42,264 bases of DNA. It comes from a virus. The notes under the pieces were generated by a model. The model did no database searches. It saw only the letters and a program-made list of their open reading frames with translations, and was not told the DNA's origin. The stretch is taken from the IMG/VR virus record IMGVR_UViG_3300010271_000003; one strand, given 5' to 3'. This document shows positions 1-8,587 of the stretch, piece after piece. The position numbers and the translations under genes are program-made. How positions within the stretch are numbered: position 1 is the stretch's first letter; each line of letters starts with the position of its first letter.

Positions 1-60
1 GCATATGCTTGCTGAAGCGATGGGAACAACCGTTCCCGAACTCCAGAAGATGGTATCGAA
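1..60. repeat. Terminal overlap; nt 1-60 are identical to nt 42205-42264 (circular closure of the contig)
   Basis: Direct comparison of the first and last 60 nt (gcatatgcttgctgaagcg...agatggtatcgaa) gives a perfect match. One ORF reads in frame through the junction. Confidence 0.95.
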
Positions 61-2284
61 AGGTCTTGTTCCCGGGGCAAAGGCCGTCGAGATGCTGACC
101 GCCGGCATGGAGAAGCGCTTCGGTGGCATGATGGCGTCGATGGAGAACACCTGGCAGGGCGTGACGTCCAGCATAAAGGACATATGGCGCATGACCGTCG
201 GCACGCTGACACAAACGCTGTTTGGCGGCCTCAACAACATGCTAATACAGGTCCGCGACTTCATGGCGGCGTTCTATTCGTACCTGCAAGGCATCCTCGG
301 CAAAAAGGCAAAACAATCGACCGACGCCCTTGTCGGCAGCACAAAGGCGCAGGCAGCAGCTATAACCGAAGTTGGAGACGCAACAGAGGATGCCGCTAAA
401 AAGGCGCAGAAAAACGTACAAGCGTTCGATGAGGTGCACCAGCTCCAGGAGGATATGAACGATAGCGCTGCCGGGGATATGTTTGCCATACCGGGGGCAG
501 GCTCTCAGACGGCTCCTATGGAAATGGAGGATACCGGAAGCTCCGAAACTGTGTCCAAATTGCAGGAGACACTTGAAAAGCTCGCTGTTCTGTTTGATCC
601 TGCGATAGAGGGCTTCAATAAGGTGAAAACAGCAACAGAGCCTGTGATAAAAAATATTGGCGAAGGACTTAAATGGTTTTATGATAATGTTTTGGTACCG
701 TTTGGTACATGGGCCATTAGCGAAGCATTGCCGGCATGGCTAAATATGATAGCCGCATCAATAGCTATACTAAATCCAATAATTGAAGCATTTAAGCCCT
801 TGGCTATATGGCTCTGGGAAAACTTTTTACAACCCATTGCTAACTGGGTAGGAGATGCATATATAACATGGCTTAACATGCTAACAGAAGCCTTCCGAAA
901 CCTGGGTGATTGGATAGCACAAAATCAGGCGGCTGTTACCGCCGGGCTAGCCGGAATACTGACCGGAATAATTGCATACCAGGCGATAAACAACATACCT
1001 GCAATAATTACAACAGTCAAGACGGCGCTATCGGGACTTGGCGCTGCCTTCAGCGCGCTAACATCACCTATCGGGTTGGTAATTGCAATCATTTCCGCGC
1101 TCGTGGCTGGATTCATTTACTTTTATATGACCAACGAGAGTTTCCGTGGCACAGTGGACAGCATATTAAAAGCCATAGCAGATGCTGCAATATTCTTATG
1201 GGAGAACGCTCTTAAACCTTTAGGAGAGTTTCTGGCTACCGTGTTTGTGGCAGCTTGGGATATTGTTTCAAAAGCAGCACAGTGGTTCTGGCAGAATGTA
1301 CTTGTGCCAATCGGCGAATTCCTGCTGTGGTTGTGGAACTCAGTGCTTGTACCCATAGGTATGATATTGATAGATGTGCTTGGTGTGGCATTTCAAACTG
1401 TAGCAGATATAGCATCATCGTTCTGGCAGAATGTGCTTGTACCTTTGGGAAATGCATTGTCTGAGATGTTCGGACCGGCAGTCGAGGCGGTATCTGCGGT
1501 ATTGACATTCCTCTGGGAGAAGGTATTTGTGCCTTTCGGGAATTTTATCAGCAAGATATTCCAGCCGATAATTGAAGCGCTGATCAAGGTGTTTGAGTTC
1601 CTATGGCAGAATGTGTTCAAGCCCTTGGCTGAATTCGTTGGCAGCGTATTTGTCGCAGTATTTGATAATATGTTCAAGTCCATCGGTGATATCATTAATG
1701 GGTTGAAAAACATCTTTGTAGGCCTAATGGACTTTATCACCGGCGTATTCACCGGAAACTGGGAAAAAGCTTGGGAAGGTATCAAGCAGATATTCAAAGG
1801 AGTATTTGATTCGCTCTGGGGCATTGTAAAGTATCCGCTGAATCTGATCATCGACGGTCTCAACTGGCTGATCCGAGGGCTTAACAAAATCAGCATCGGT
1901 ATCCCTGACTGGGTTGCTGATCTGTTGGGCATGGAAAGAGGCTCAAAATTCGGCTTCAACATTCCAGAGATTCCAAAGCTTGCTACTGGCACAAATTACG
2001 TACCGCAGGATATGCTCGCCATGCTCCATGAAGGCGAGGCGGTCGTACCCAAGAAATATAACCCAGCTGCAGGCGGAGGCTTTGACGCAGACGAACTCGA
2101 ACAGGCCGTATACCGTGGAATGATGAGTGCGCTGCGTATCGCCCAGGCATCCACGCAGCAGGACAACAGGGAACTGGTACTCAAACTTGACAGCACACCG
2201 TTTGCCCGGGTGATGCTATCAGCGCTCATCCGTGAAGGTCAGCGCCAGGGATTTGACATCGTGTTAAGACCACAGGGGGTGTAA
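2..2284 (+). CDS. Tail tape measure protein, C-terminal part (continues the ORF that starts at 41675)
   Basis: It is the largest tail-module ORF, directly after the frameshifted chaperone pair. It has repeated hydrophobic W-x-N-V-L-V-P-x-G motifs and a C-terminal LATGTNYVPQDMLAMLHEGEAVVP motif. The reading frame is continuous with 41675..42264 across the 60-nt overlap. Confidence 0.9.
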   Translation, partial: HMLAEAMGTTVPELQKMVSKGLVPGAKAVEMLTAGMEKRFGGMMASMENTWQGVTSSIKDIWRMTVGTLTQTLFGGLNNMLIQVRDFMAAFYSYLQGILGKKAKQSTDALVGSTKAQAAAITEVGDATEDAAKKAQKNVQAFDEVHQLQEDMNDSAAGDMFAIPGAGSQTAPMEMEDTGSSETVSKLQETLEKLAVLFDPAIEGFNKVKTATEPVIKNIGEGLKWFYDNVLVPFGTWAISEALPAWLNMIAASIAILNPIIEAFKPLAIWLWENFLQPIANWVGDAYITWLNMLTEAFRNLGDWIAQNQAAVTAGLAGILTGIIAYQAINNIPAIITTVKTALSGLGAAFSALTSPIGLVIAIISALVAGFIYFYMTNESFRGTVDSILKAIADAAIFLWENALKPLGEFLATVFVAAWDIVSKAAQWFWQNVLVPIGEFLLWLWNSVLVPIGMILIDVLGVAFQTVADIASSFWQNVLVPLGNALSEMFGPAVEAVSAVLTFLWEKVFVPFGNFISKIFQPIIEALIKVFEFLWQNVFKPLAEFVGSVFVAVFDNMFKSIGDIINGLKNIFVGLMDFITGVFTGNWEKAWEGIKQIFKGVFDSLWGIVKYPLNLIIDGLNWLIRGLNKISIGIPDWVADLLGMERGSKFGFNIPEIPKLATGTNYVPQDMLAMLHEGEAVVPKKYNPAAGGGFDADELEQAVYRGMMSALRIAQASTQQDNRELVLKLDSTPFARVMLSALIREGQRQGFDIVLRPQGV

Positions 2285-2287
2285 TGA

Positions 2288-2632
2288 ATGCTGAAAATAG
2301 CAGGAGTAACAGTTAAAACACCAACAGAGCTTAAAGTCGGGCGATTTGACATAACTAAATCTAACAGGGCGGCATCTGGGAAAATGATGATGGAGTTAAT
2401 AGCAACAAAGCGCAGGGTGGACGTGGTTTGGAAGATGGTGCCCGACAGTGAGTTGCAAACAATCATAGATACTATAACGGCAAATAAGCCGTTTTTCGCC
2501 CTGGAATACCCCGATGCAGGCGGGCAAATGACTATGACCTGTTATGCCGGGGACATCAATGCCGGTCTCTGGCATACGAAGAACGGGATTAGGTACTGGC
2601 AGGATGTCAGCATCGCATTCATCGAACAGTGA
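2288..2632 (+). CDS. Hypothetical tail-module protein (114 aa), possibly distal-tail associated
   Basis: The ORF starts 4 nt after the tape measure stop. Assignment rests on position in the tail module only; no motif was recognised. Confidence 0.55.
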   Translation: MLKIAGVTVKTPTELKVGRFDITKSNRAASGKMMMELIATKRRVDVVWKMVPDSELQTIIDTITANKPFFALEYPDAGGQMTMTCYAGDINAGLWHTKNGIRYWQDVSIAFIEQ

Positions 2633-2643
2633 GGTGATTTGAA

Positions 2644-2988
2644 ATGGCACGTGTAAGCCTGGCACGTCAACAGTTGACCGACACTGGATTAACAGCAGCA
2701 TATTCCCCGGCAGCAGCCGAAGGCCACGCTGTGGAGAATAACGGCAGGGTAATACTCCACGTCTGCAATGACAGCGAAGAGGACATAACCGTAACCATTC
2801 TGTCCGGTTACGTACGGGCAGGCCTGAAACTGGCTGACAGGGAAGTCCTTATCGAAGCAGGAAAACAGAAATTCATCGGCCCGTTTGCAACCGACATATA
2901 CAATCAGACAGACGGCGGGGCAGGACAAATATATGTAGACTACAGCGCCGTGGAAGGCGTGACCGTTGCAGCGCTGTTATTTCCGTGA
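2644..2988 (+). CDS. Hypothetical tail-module protein (114 aa)
   Basis: Tightly packed ORF with a GAGGTGA ribosome-binding site upstream. Position only. Confidence 0.5.
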   Translation: MARVSLARQQLTDTGLTAAYSPAAAEGHAVENNGRVILHVCNDSEEDITVTILSGYVRAGLKLADREVLIEAGKQKFIGPFATDIYNQTDGGAGQIYVDYSAVEGVTVAALLFP

Positions 2989-3001
2989 GGTGGTGGTATA
3001 G

Positions 3002-3880
3002 GTGTATCCAGTTACTGAGGACTTCATCCAGAAGATGAAAGCCGACAGGCGGCAGGTTTTGGCGCGTGTAGCAATAGACTATACAGACCCGTTTATGGAC
3101 CAGTCGCTGGAAATCGAGGCCAATGAACAGGCGAATGTATCCTACCCACAGCAGACCGCTGATAGCGTGGACCAGACCACCCGCAAATACGCCTGCCTTG
3201 ACGGCACTTGGGATTTGGCTTCCGGCGAATACCACCTTGCGCCATCAGCGGACCAGATCACACAGCAGCAGTTCGGCTGGTGGGGGGCACAGTTTGCCGA
3301 CCAGAACGGTTATTTTGCTTCTCCATATCCCACATTGACCGTAACACATCTTCCCCGACCAATCAGACAGCTGAAGGTTATCGGCGACACAGCCCGGGAA
3401 GAGTGGCCTGTTGACTTCCAAATCAAGCTCTACGGCCCGGACGATACTTTGCTCAAAACAGAAACCATCACAGACAACGACCAAATTTCCTGGAGTAAGA
3501 CACTTGACCCGCAGGTCCTTGACGTTGCAAAACAGGAACTCATCATCACCCGGTGGAGCCTGCCTGGTACTTGCGCCAAAATCATTGAATTTTTTACGTC
3601 TATCCGGGAAGTTTATGAAACCGGCGACTTGGTAAGCCTGCGGCTGCTGGAGGAAAGAGAAGCAAGTCAGGGCAGTTTGCCAGTGGGGAATATATCATCC
3701 AATGAAATCACGCTTGCCCTGAATAACGAGGACAAGAAGTTTGACATAGACAACGAAAACTCCCCGCTCAAAAACCTTTTGAAGCCTAACCGGCGCATTC
3801 AGGTCCACCTTGGAGCAGAAATCGAAAAGACATGGGGAACTATAAAAACTAAACCTTGGGGCGAATACAAGGAGGTGTAA
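3002..3880 (+). CDS. Tail/baseplate protein, looks like the N-terminal half of a larger distal tail protein
   Basis: GTG start after a GGTGGTGG ribosome-binding site. The ORF is 292 aa. Its last ~17 aa (KTWGTIKTKPWGEYKEV) resemble the first ~18 aa of ORF 5925..6986. Confidence 0.6.
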   Translation: MYPVTEDFIQKMKADRRQVLARVAIDYTDPFMDQSLEIEANEQANVSYPQQTADSVDQTTRKYACLDGTWDLASGEYHLAPSADQITQQQFGWWGAQFADQNGYFASPYPTLTVTHLPRPIRQLKVIGDTAREEWPVDFQIKLYGPDDTLLKTETITDNDQISWSKTLDPQVLDVAKQELIITRWSLPGTCAKIIEFFTSIREVYETGDLVSLRLLEEREASQGSLPVGNISSNEITLALNNEDKKFDIDNENSPLKNLLKPNRRIQVHLGAEIEKTWGTIKTKPWGEYKEV

Positions 3881-3883
3881 AAC

Positions 3884-5788
3884 TTGGAGTACACGAAAAA
3901 CTACAATCTCAGGAAGCCGGAGGATACAGACCCGGCCGATATTCAAGATTTAAACTATAATGCTGATGCGATAGATGGTAAATTAAAAGAAATCGAAGAT
4001 TGGGAAGCAGCGCACTTGCAGGCATCAAACCCGCATAGTATTACTCCTGCTTTAATAGGCGCAGAAACACCGACAGGCGCTCAACAAAAGGCTAATCAAG
4101 CTGAAACAAACGCAAAAAGTTATGCGGATATAGTTACAAATAGCGCATTAAACAGCGCAAAAGATTATGCTGATGATGTATTAGAAAGTGCAAACAGTCA
4201 CACAGACCAAGTTGCAAGCGATTTGTCTCAAAAATTGAACGAAACAAGAATAAAAGTTCTTGATGTAGAACAGGATGTATCTAATATCAGCAAGGTCCTG
4301 ACCAATCTAAACCCCAACCAGGAGCCAAAACAAAAGGTGAATGGCTATGGCATTATTTCCCTTCCCAAAAACGCCGCAAATGGGCAAATTAGCTCAAGAT
4401 TGCTCGGTCAATCTGCAACTAATTTGCTTGGTGGTAAAGGAGATAATTCGTGGACACTGCCTGCAAGACCAACTTCTGGCACTGCCCCGGTATTTTTTGA
4501 CAATTTAAACTTACCACAAGATAAGTATTTGATTTTTTATGAGCTGGTGCAAACTGTTGAAACTTTTGCCATAAACTCACCGTATTATAATAGTGCTAGC
4601 ACGACTAATAGAGACCCAGACCAAAAAACAAAAAACAATACGGTTGGCAGAAAGGTTTGGAAACTAGATGCGCCCGAAGCAATAACAAAAATAGGCTGGT
4701 GGGTTTACGAGACTGAATCAGAAGTTAGAGTTAAAAATTTTATGGTAGTTAGGGCAACAGAAGAAGATTGGCTTTTGAGTGAAGAAAAATTGGTACAAAA
4801 ATATAATTGGCACAACGGCACAAAATCTACAGTTAGTGCCATGCGGCTAAAAAGTGTGTCGGCAGATGAAACGGAAACATCTACTGCTTATGTGGTTGCA
4901 AAAAACGATGAAGGAAATATTGAGGAATTGCGAAGCCTCCCGAACGGCGTTAAAGATGAAGTTAACGTCGCTGATGGCAAGTTGATTAAGAGGGTTAGTG
5001 ATGAGTTTACCCTGCCCATGAGTGGTTGGACATTCTACTCTATTAACGAGCAAGGTTTTGTCATATTACTTTATTATACAACCCTCCCGAATTTCGCAAG
5101 ACAGATATACGGCGAATTTATACCGACTACTGGTATGGTTGTTAATAATAGCAATTTGCCAGCATACACAACAACCTCTAGTACGGCAATTAGAGCTAAC
5201 GCAAACACAGAGTGTATAGCAACGGGATATAATACCGGGACAAACCTTTATATAGTTGTCCATCTGGACAATTATAATAAAACACAAGACAATGCAGGGG
5301 CAAACGCTTGGGTTAATGAAAATATGCAAGGAGTAACACTAACTTATCAATTAGCTACACCTATTGAGATTCCAATACAGACATCTGGCTCATTAGTAAG
5401 TTATCCTAGTGGTACAGTGTACATCGAGCCTTTTGTCGCAGATGCTGGAATTTATACGGACAAAATGTCGGTGCTGCATCAAGATTTACCCATCAAGGCG
5501 TTGGAGAAAATCAGCAAGGTTGATTTCGAGACTGGCGTGGAAACAGAGCTGGATCCCGCGCAGGCGATCATTGCAGCAGACAAGCTATCTTTCACTCACC
5601 CCGACCTTGAAGCCGGCGACATTGTATTCTTTGTGTACGAGTATGACCGAGAAAGCACTGTCGGTGAAACAGAAATTGAATACTACGACAGCCGGTATGT
5701 CATCAAAGATTCGGTCACGGGAAAATTTTATAAGTGGCATATAGTGGTAGCAGATGGAGTACCATCAATAGAGCTGGTGGAGGTGTAG
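3884..5788 (+). CDS. Tail fibre / receptor-binding protein (634 aa)
   Basis: TTG start 5 nt after AAGGAGGTG. The N-terminus is YTKNYNLRKPEDTDPADIQDLNYNADAIDGKL, as in Gram-positive phage fibres. It is followed by Ala/Asn/Ser-rich coiled repeats (AKSYAD, AKDYAD). The central part is strongly AT-rich. Confidence 0.75.
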   Translation: MEYTKNYNLRKPEDTDPADIQDLNYNADAIDGKLKEIEDWEAAHLQASNPHSITPALIGAETPTGAQQKANQAETNAKSYADIVTNSALNSAKDYADDVLESANSHTDQVASDLSQKLNETRIKVLDVEQDVSNISKVLTNLNPNQEPKQKVNGYGIISLPKNAANGQISSRLLGQSATNLLGGKGDNSWTLPARPTSGTAPVFFDNLNLPQDKYLIFYELVQTVETFAINSPYYNSASTTNRDPDQKTKNNTVGRKVWKLDAPEAITKIGWWVYETESEVRVKNFMVVRATEEDWLLSEEKLVQKYNWHNGTKSTVSAMRLKSVSADETETSTAYVVAKNDEGNIEELRSLPNGVKDEVNVADGKLIKRVSDEFTLPMSGWTFYSINEQGFVILLYYTTLPNFARQIYGEFIPTTGMVVNNSNLPAYTTTSSTAIRANANTECIATGYNTGTNLYIVVHLDNYNKTQDNAGANAWVNENMQGVTLTYQLATPIEIPIQTSGSLVSYPSGTVYIEPFVADAGIYTDKMSVLHQDLPIKALEKISKVDFETGVETELDPAQAIIAADKLSFTHPDLEAGDIVFFVYEYDRESTVGETEIEYYDSRYVIKDSVTGKFYKWHIVVADGVPSIELVEV

Positions 5789-5791
5789 AGC

Positions 5792-5920
5792 ATGAATGAA
5801 ATACTACTCAATGCTTTGATAGCACGAATAAAGGCAGGGCAAATGACATTAGAACAAGCTCCTGTGCCTTATCAAGGAGAGCTTCAAACAAGACTAGAAC
5901 AAGAAGAATCGGAGGAATGA
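5792..5920 (+). CDS. Small (42 aa) protein after the fibre gene, XkdX-like by position
   Basis: ATG lies 4 nt after the fibre stop and GGAGGTG is upstream. The peptide is MNEILLNALIARIKAGQMTLEQAPVPYQGELQTRLEQEESEE. It is not in the ORF track because it is under 60 aa. Confidence 0.4.
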   Translation: MNEILLNALIARIKAGQMTLEQAPVPYQGELQTRLEQEESEE

Positions 5921-5924
5921 TGCT

Positions 5925-6986
5925 ATGGCGACATGGCATGAAGTGAAGTTCAGACAAGAATGGGTACCTCTTGGCACGTTTTGGAGCCTCGATTGGGACA
6001 GCCCCGACGACACCCTCGAAGCCACGGTCACAGCACGGGACAGGATGGAACTGCTGCGGAAAAGCACATTCCAGACAGCGCAGGTGCTGACGGGGAAAAG
6101 CCTCTATGAACTGGCAGAGATGGTGCTTCAGGATGCCGGGCTAACGACGGACGAATATATCATTGATCCTGTCCTGCAGTCTATCATCGTACCCTATGCG
6201 TGGCTCGATCCCATCTCGCACCGTGAAGCCTTGCGCCGGATAGCAGAGGTGGGGTTGGCAGTAGCATACCAGGACCGGGACGGCAAGATTAGGATTGAAT
6301 CCTTCCTAATCCAGGGCGATGATCCCGTACTCGAAATCACCGAGGACGACTACTTCCCGCCCCTCAGGACGCCCAGCAGGCAACAGGACGTTGCCAATGA
6401 GATCATCGTCGATACCCAGCCGCTGCGGCCGGCTGCAAACCCGGAGGAAGTGTACCGGAGCAACGATCCGGTCATGATTCCTGCCAACTCCACACAGACG
6501 TTGACAGTGTACTACAACAAAACACCGGTCATTGACGCTGTGGCCACCCCCGACAGTCTACCGGCGGGCGTGGCAATTACCGAAGCGACATACTACGGCT
6601 GGGGCGCGAGTATCAAAATCGCCAACAGCACCGGCACGGATCAGCAGGTGACGCTTGTTATAAGTGGCAAACCCCTGACGGTCCAGAACAAAGAAAGGGC
6701 TATAGCCCGGGATGAAGCCAGCATACTTGAAAATGGAGTGCTCACATTCGAGTTCCCAGCGAACCCGCTTGTGCAGACGCTGGCACAGGCGCAGACGATA
6801 GCAAACACCTTGCTGGCATCCGTCAAGGATCCACGCAGAGACATTGAGGTTGAGTGGCGTGGGAACCCGGCGCTTGAGCTGGGCGACCGGGTGACGGTGA
6901 AAAACCAGGACTATCACATCATCAGACAAGAAATAAGCTGGCAGGGTTACCTGTCAGCAAGGCTTACAGGAAGGAGGGCGACATAA
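5925..6986 (+). CDS. Tail/baseplate protein, looks like the C-terminal half of the protein begun at 3002
   Basis: A GGAGGA ribosome-binding site lies 8 nt upstream. The ORF is 353 aa and GC-rich like 3002..3880. Its N-terminus ATWHEVKFRQEWVPLGTF echoes the C-terminus of ORF 3002..3880. Confidence 0.65.
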   Translation: MATWHEVKFRQEWVPLGTFWSLDWDSPDDTLEATVTARDRMELLRKSTFQTAQVLTGKSLYELAEMVLQDAGLTTDEYIIDPVLQSIIVPYAWLDPISHREALRRIAEVGLAVAYQDRDGKIRIESFLIQGDDPVLEITEDDYFPPLRTPSRQQDVANEIIVDTQPLRPAANPEEVYRSNDPVMIPANSTQTLTVYYNKTPVIDAVATPDSLPAGVAITEATYYGWGASIKIANSTGTDQQVTLVISGKPLTVQNKERAIARDEASILENGVLTFEFPANPLVQTLAQAQTIANTLLASVKDPRRDIEVEWRGNPALELGDRVTVKNQDYHIIRQEISWQGYLSARLTGRRAT

Positions 6987-6988
6987 AT

Positions 6989-7936
6989 ATGGCATGGCAA
7001 ACACCAAAAACAAATTGGGGACAGCCTGGTCAGACAGTGCCTGTTGCGGACGATTTTAACCGAATAGAGGGGAACATCGAGACCCTTGGCAGATACGACA
7101 GGGCCCCGGGGTACGGTGTAGCAAGCGGCGTCAACACAAAAACAGTCAATTTAGACCCGGCGCCGGAAGGATATTATGAAGGAATGTGTTTTGCCTTCAG
7201 GAACGTCACAGAAAATACCGGCCCCGTAACCATCAACGTAAACGGGCTGGGTGCAAAATCCATCAAGAAGCCCAATGGGAATGATCTTGTATCGGGCAAC
7301 CTCAAAACCGGGAGCGTTTATACCGTCCGCTACAATGGCACAAATTTTATCTTACAGGGTAGCGATTCGACCGGCAACGCTACTCCTGGTGATGTAACAG
7401 CCGGAAAAACCTTTAGCAACGATGACGGTTCGGATCAGGTAGGCACTATGCCTATACATGACGATCAAAGCACAATACTAACAATCACCGGGGCAGAGAA
7501 ACCGCAAAAAGTTATACCTGCCGGGCGATTATTGGAGGACAGCACGATCATTGCAGAACTTGATCCATCGCTTGCCCCGCTTATACGGGAAAACAACAAT
7601 ATAGGCGGGGTGGAAGGTACTTTTGCGGGTAAAAGGTGGGCAACCGGCATAATATATCCAAGCAGCACTTATACTGCCATTTCGGGACTGGATTTTGTGC
7701 CGTCTTTGATAGTATATTACCGAACTAGTGATGGAATATATGTACTTTTGGGTGTTGCGAGCAGAGCACAAGATATAAAAGTAGGTTCGGCTACTTGGAA
7801 CCATGTTTGTTTTTCAGGCGGTTCTCCAGATAGTATCAGAATAGCAACCGGTGGTGCAACATTTGGCACAACCACATATCTCTCAGTCCCTATGGAGGCA
7901 ATAAATTTACCCATACGTTGGTGGGCATTTGAGTAA
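6989..7936 (+). CDS. Second tail fibre / receptor-binding protein (315 aa)
   Basis: The N-terminus is MAWQTPKTNWGQPGQTVPVADDFNRIEGNIETLG (fibre-type W..PKT.W...D.NRIE.N motif). It is the last gene of the tail module. Confidence 0.7.
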   Translation: MAWQTPKTNWGQPGQTVPVADDFNRIEGNIETLGRYDRAPGYGVASGVNTKTVNLDPAPEGYYEGMCFAFRNVTENTGPVTINVNGLGAKSIKKPNGNDLVSGNLKTGSVYTVRYNGTNFILQGSDSTGNATPGDVTAGKTFSNDDGSDQVGTMPIHDDQSTILTITGAEKPQKVIPAGRLLEDSTIIAELDPSLAPLIRENNNIGGVEGTFAGKRWATGIIYPSSTYTAISGLDFVPSLIVYYRTSDGIYVLLGVASRAQDIKVGSATWNHVCFSGGSPDSIRIATGGATFGTTTYLSVPMEAINLPIRWWAFE

Positions 7937-8075
7937 AGGAGATGAAGACAAATGTCGTCAGTAAGAAGAATTGGCAGAAAAATATATTATAACAAAATCA
8001 TTACAGCATTGATCCGTTGACAGGCACAATCGTTTGGAATGACCTAATTGCATCTCCATAACTTTGATGCGATTT

Positions 8076-8102
8076 AGGCCGAGGATATCTCGGCCTTTTT
8101 TA
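8076..8102 (+). terminator. Rho-independent terminator ending the structural operon
   Basis: aggccgag-gatat-ctcggcct forms an 8-bp stem followed by a T run. Confidence 0.7.
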
Positions 8103-8123
8103 TATCAAAAATGAGAGCGAGGG

Positions 8124-8369
8124 ATGGGAATGACAGAAACAGGTATAGTGGCCATTGCGGTGGCGGCAATTAGCCTTGTCGGGAACCTGGTCGGGAGTTT
8201 TCTGGCGCACAGAAAAAGCACGGCCATAATCGTGTACCGCATTGATGAATTGGAGAAAAAAGTGCAAAAACACAACAACCTTGTAGAACGAATGGTTGCA
8301 GTTGAGCAATCATGCAAATCAGCTCATCACAGGATAGACGATTTGAAGAAGGAGTTGGCGGCAAAATGA
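8124..8369 (+). CDS. BhlA/XhlA-like lysis-associated membrane protein
   Basis: It has an N-terminal transmembrane helix (IVAIAVAAISLVGNLVGSFL) and a C-terminal coiled coil (LEKKVQKHNNLVERMVAVEQ...RIDDLKKEL). It is the first gene of the lysis cassette. Confidence 0.55.
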   Translation: MGMTETGIVAIAVAAISLVGNLVGSFLAHRKSTAIIVYRIDELEKKVQKHNNLVERMVAVEQSCKSAHHRIDDLKKELAAK

Positions 8370-8587
8370 AAAAAGGTTACTTTTCTAAAATAATAGTAGC
8401 AATAATTGTCATGCTAAATATTATTTTTTCAGCCGCTGTCCTATATGTATTCCTGCGCACGTCTTCTGAGCCATCGACCCTAATCGGCTGCTGGTTTGCT
8501 TTCACAACAACAGAACTTTGGGCTTTAGCATCTATTAAAAAGTCCAAAATCAAAAATAAGGAGAGCGATATAGATGAAAATTATTGA
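8366..8587 (+). CDS. Holin (73 aa, two predicted transmembrane helices)
   Basis: The ATGA start/stop overlaps the upstream gene. Predicted helices are IIVAIIVMLNIIFSAAVLYVFL and LIGCWFAFTTTELWALASI, with a charged C-terminus. It lies immediately upstream of the endolysin. I prefer the 8366 start to the 8312 start in the ORF track. Confidence 0.6.
   Translation: MKKGYFSKIIVAIIVMLNIIFSAAVLYVFLRTSSEPSTLIGCWFAFTTTELWALASIKKSKIKNKESDIDENY

Noticed and set aside
7942-8061. Fragments of a tiny ORF after the last fibre gene: MKTNVVSKKNWQKNIL-stop-QNHYSIDPLTGTIVWNDLIASP in one frame, and MSSVRRIGRKIYYNKIITALIR in another
   Set aside because: It looks like the decayed remnant of a small fibre-associated gene, with an in-frame TAA and a possible shift in an A4 run. 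The pieces are too short for any confident call.
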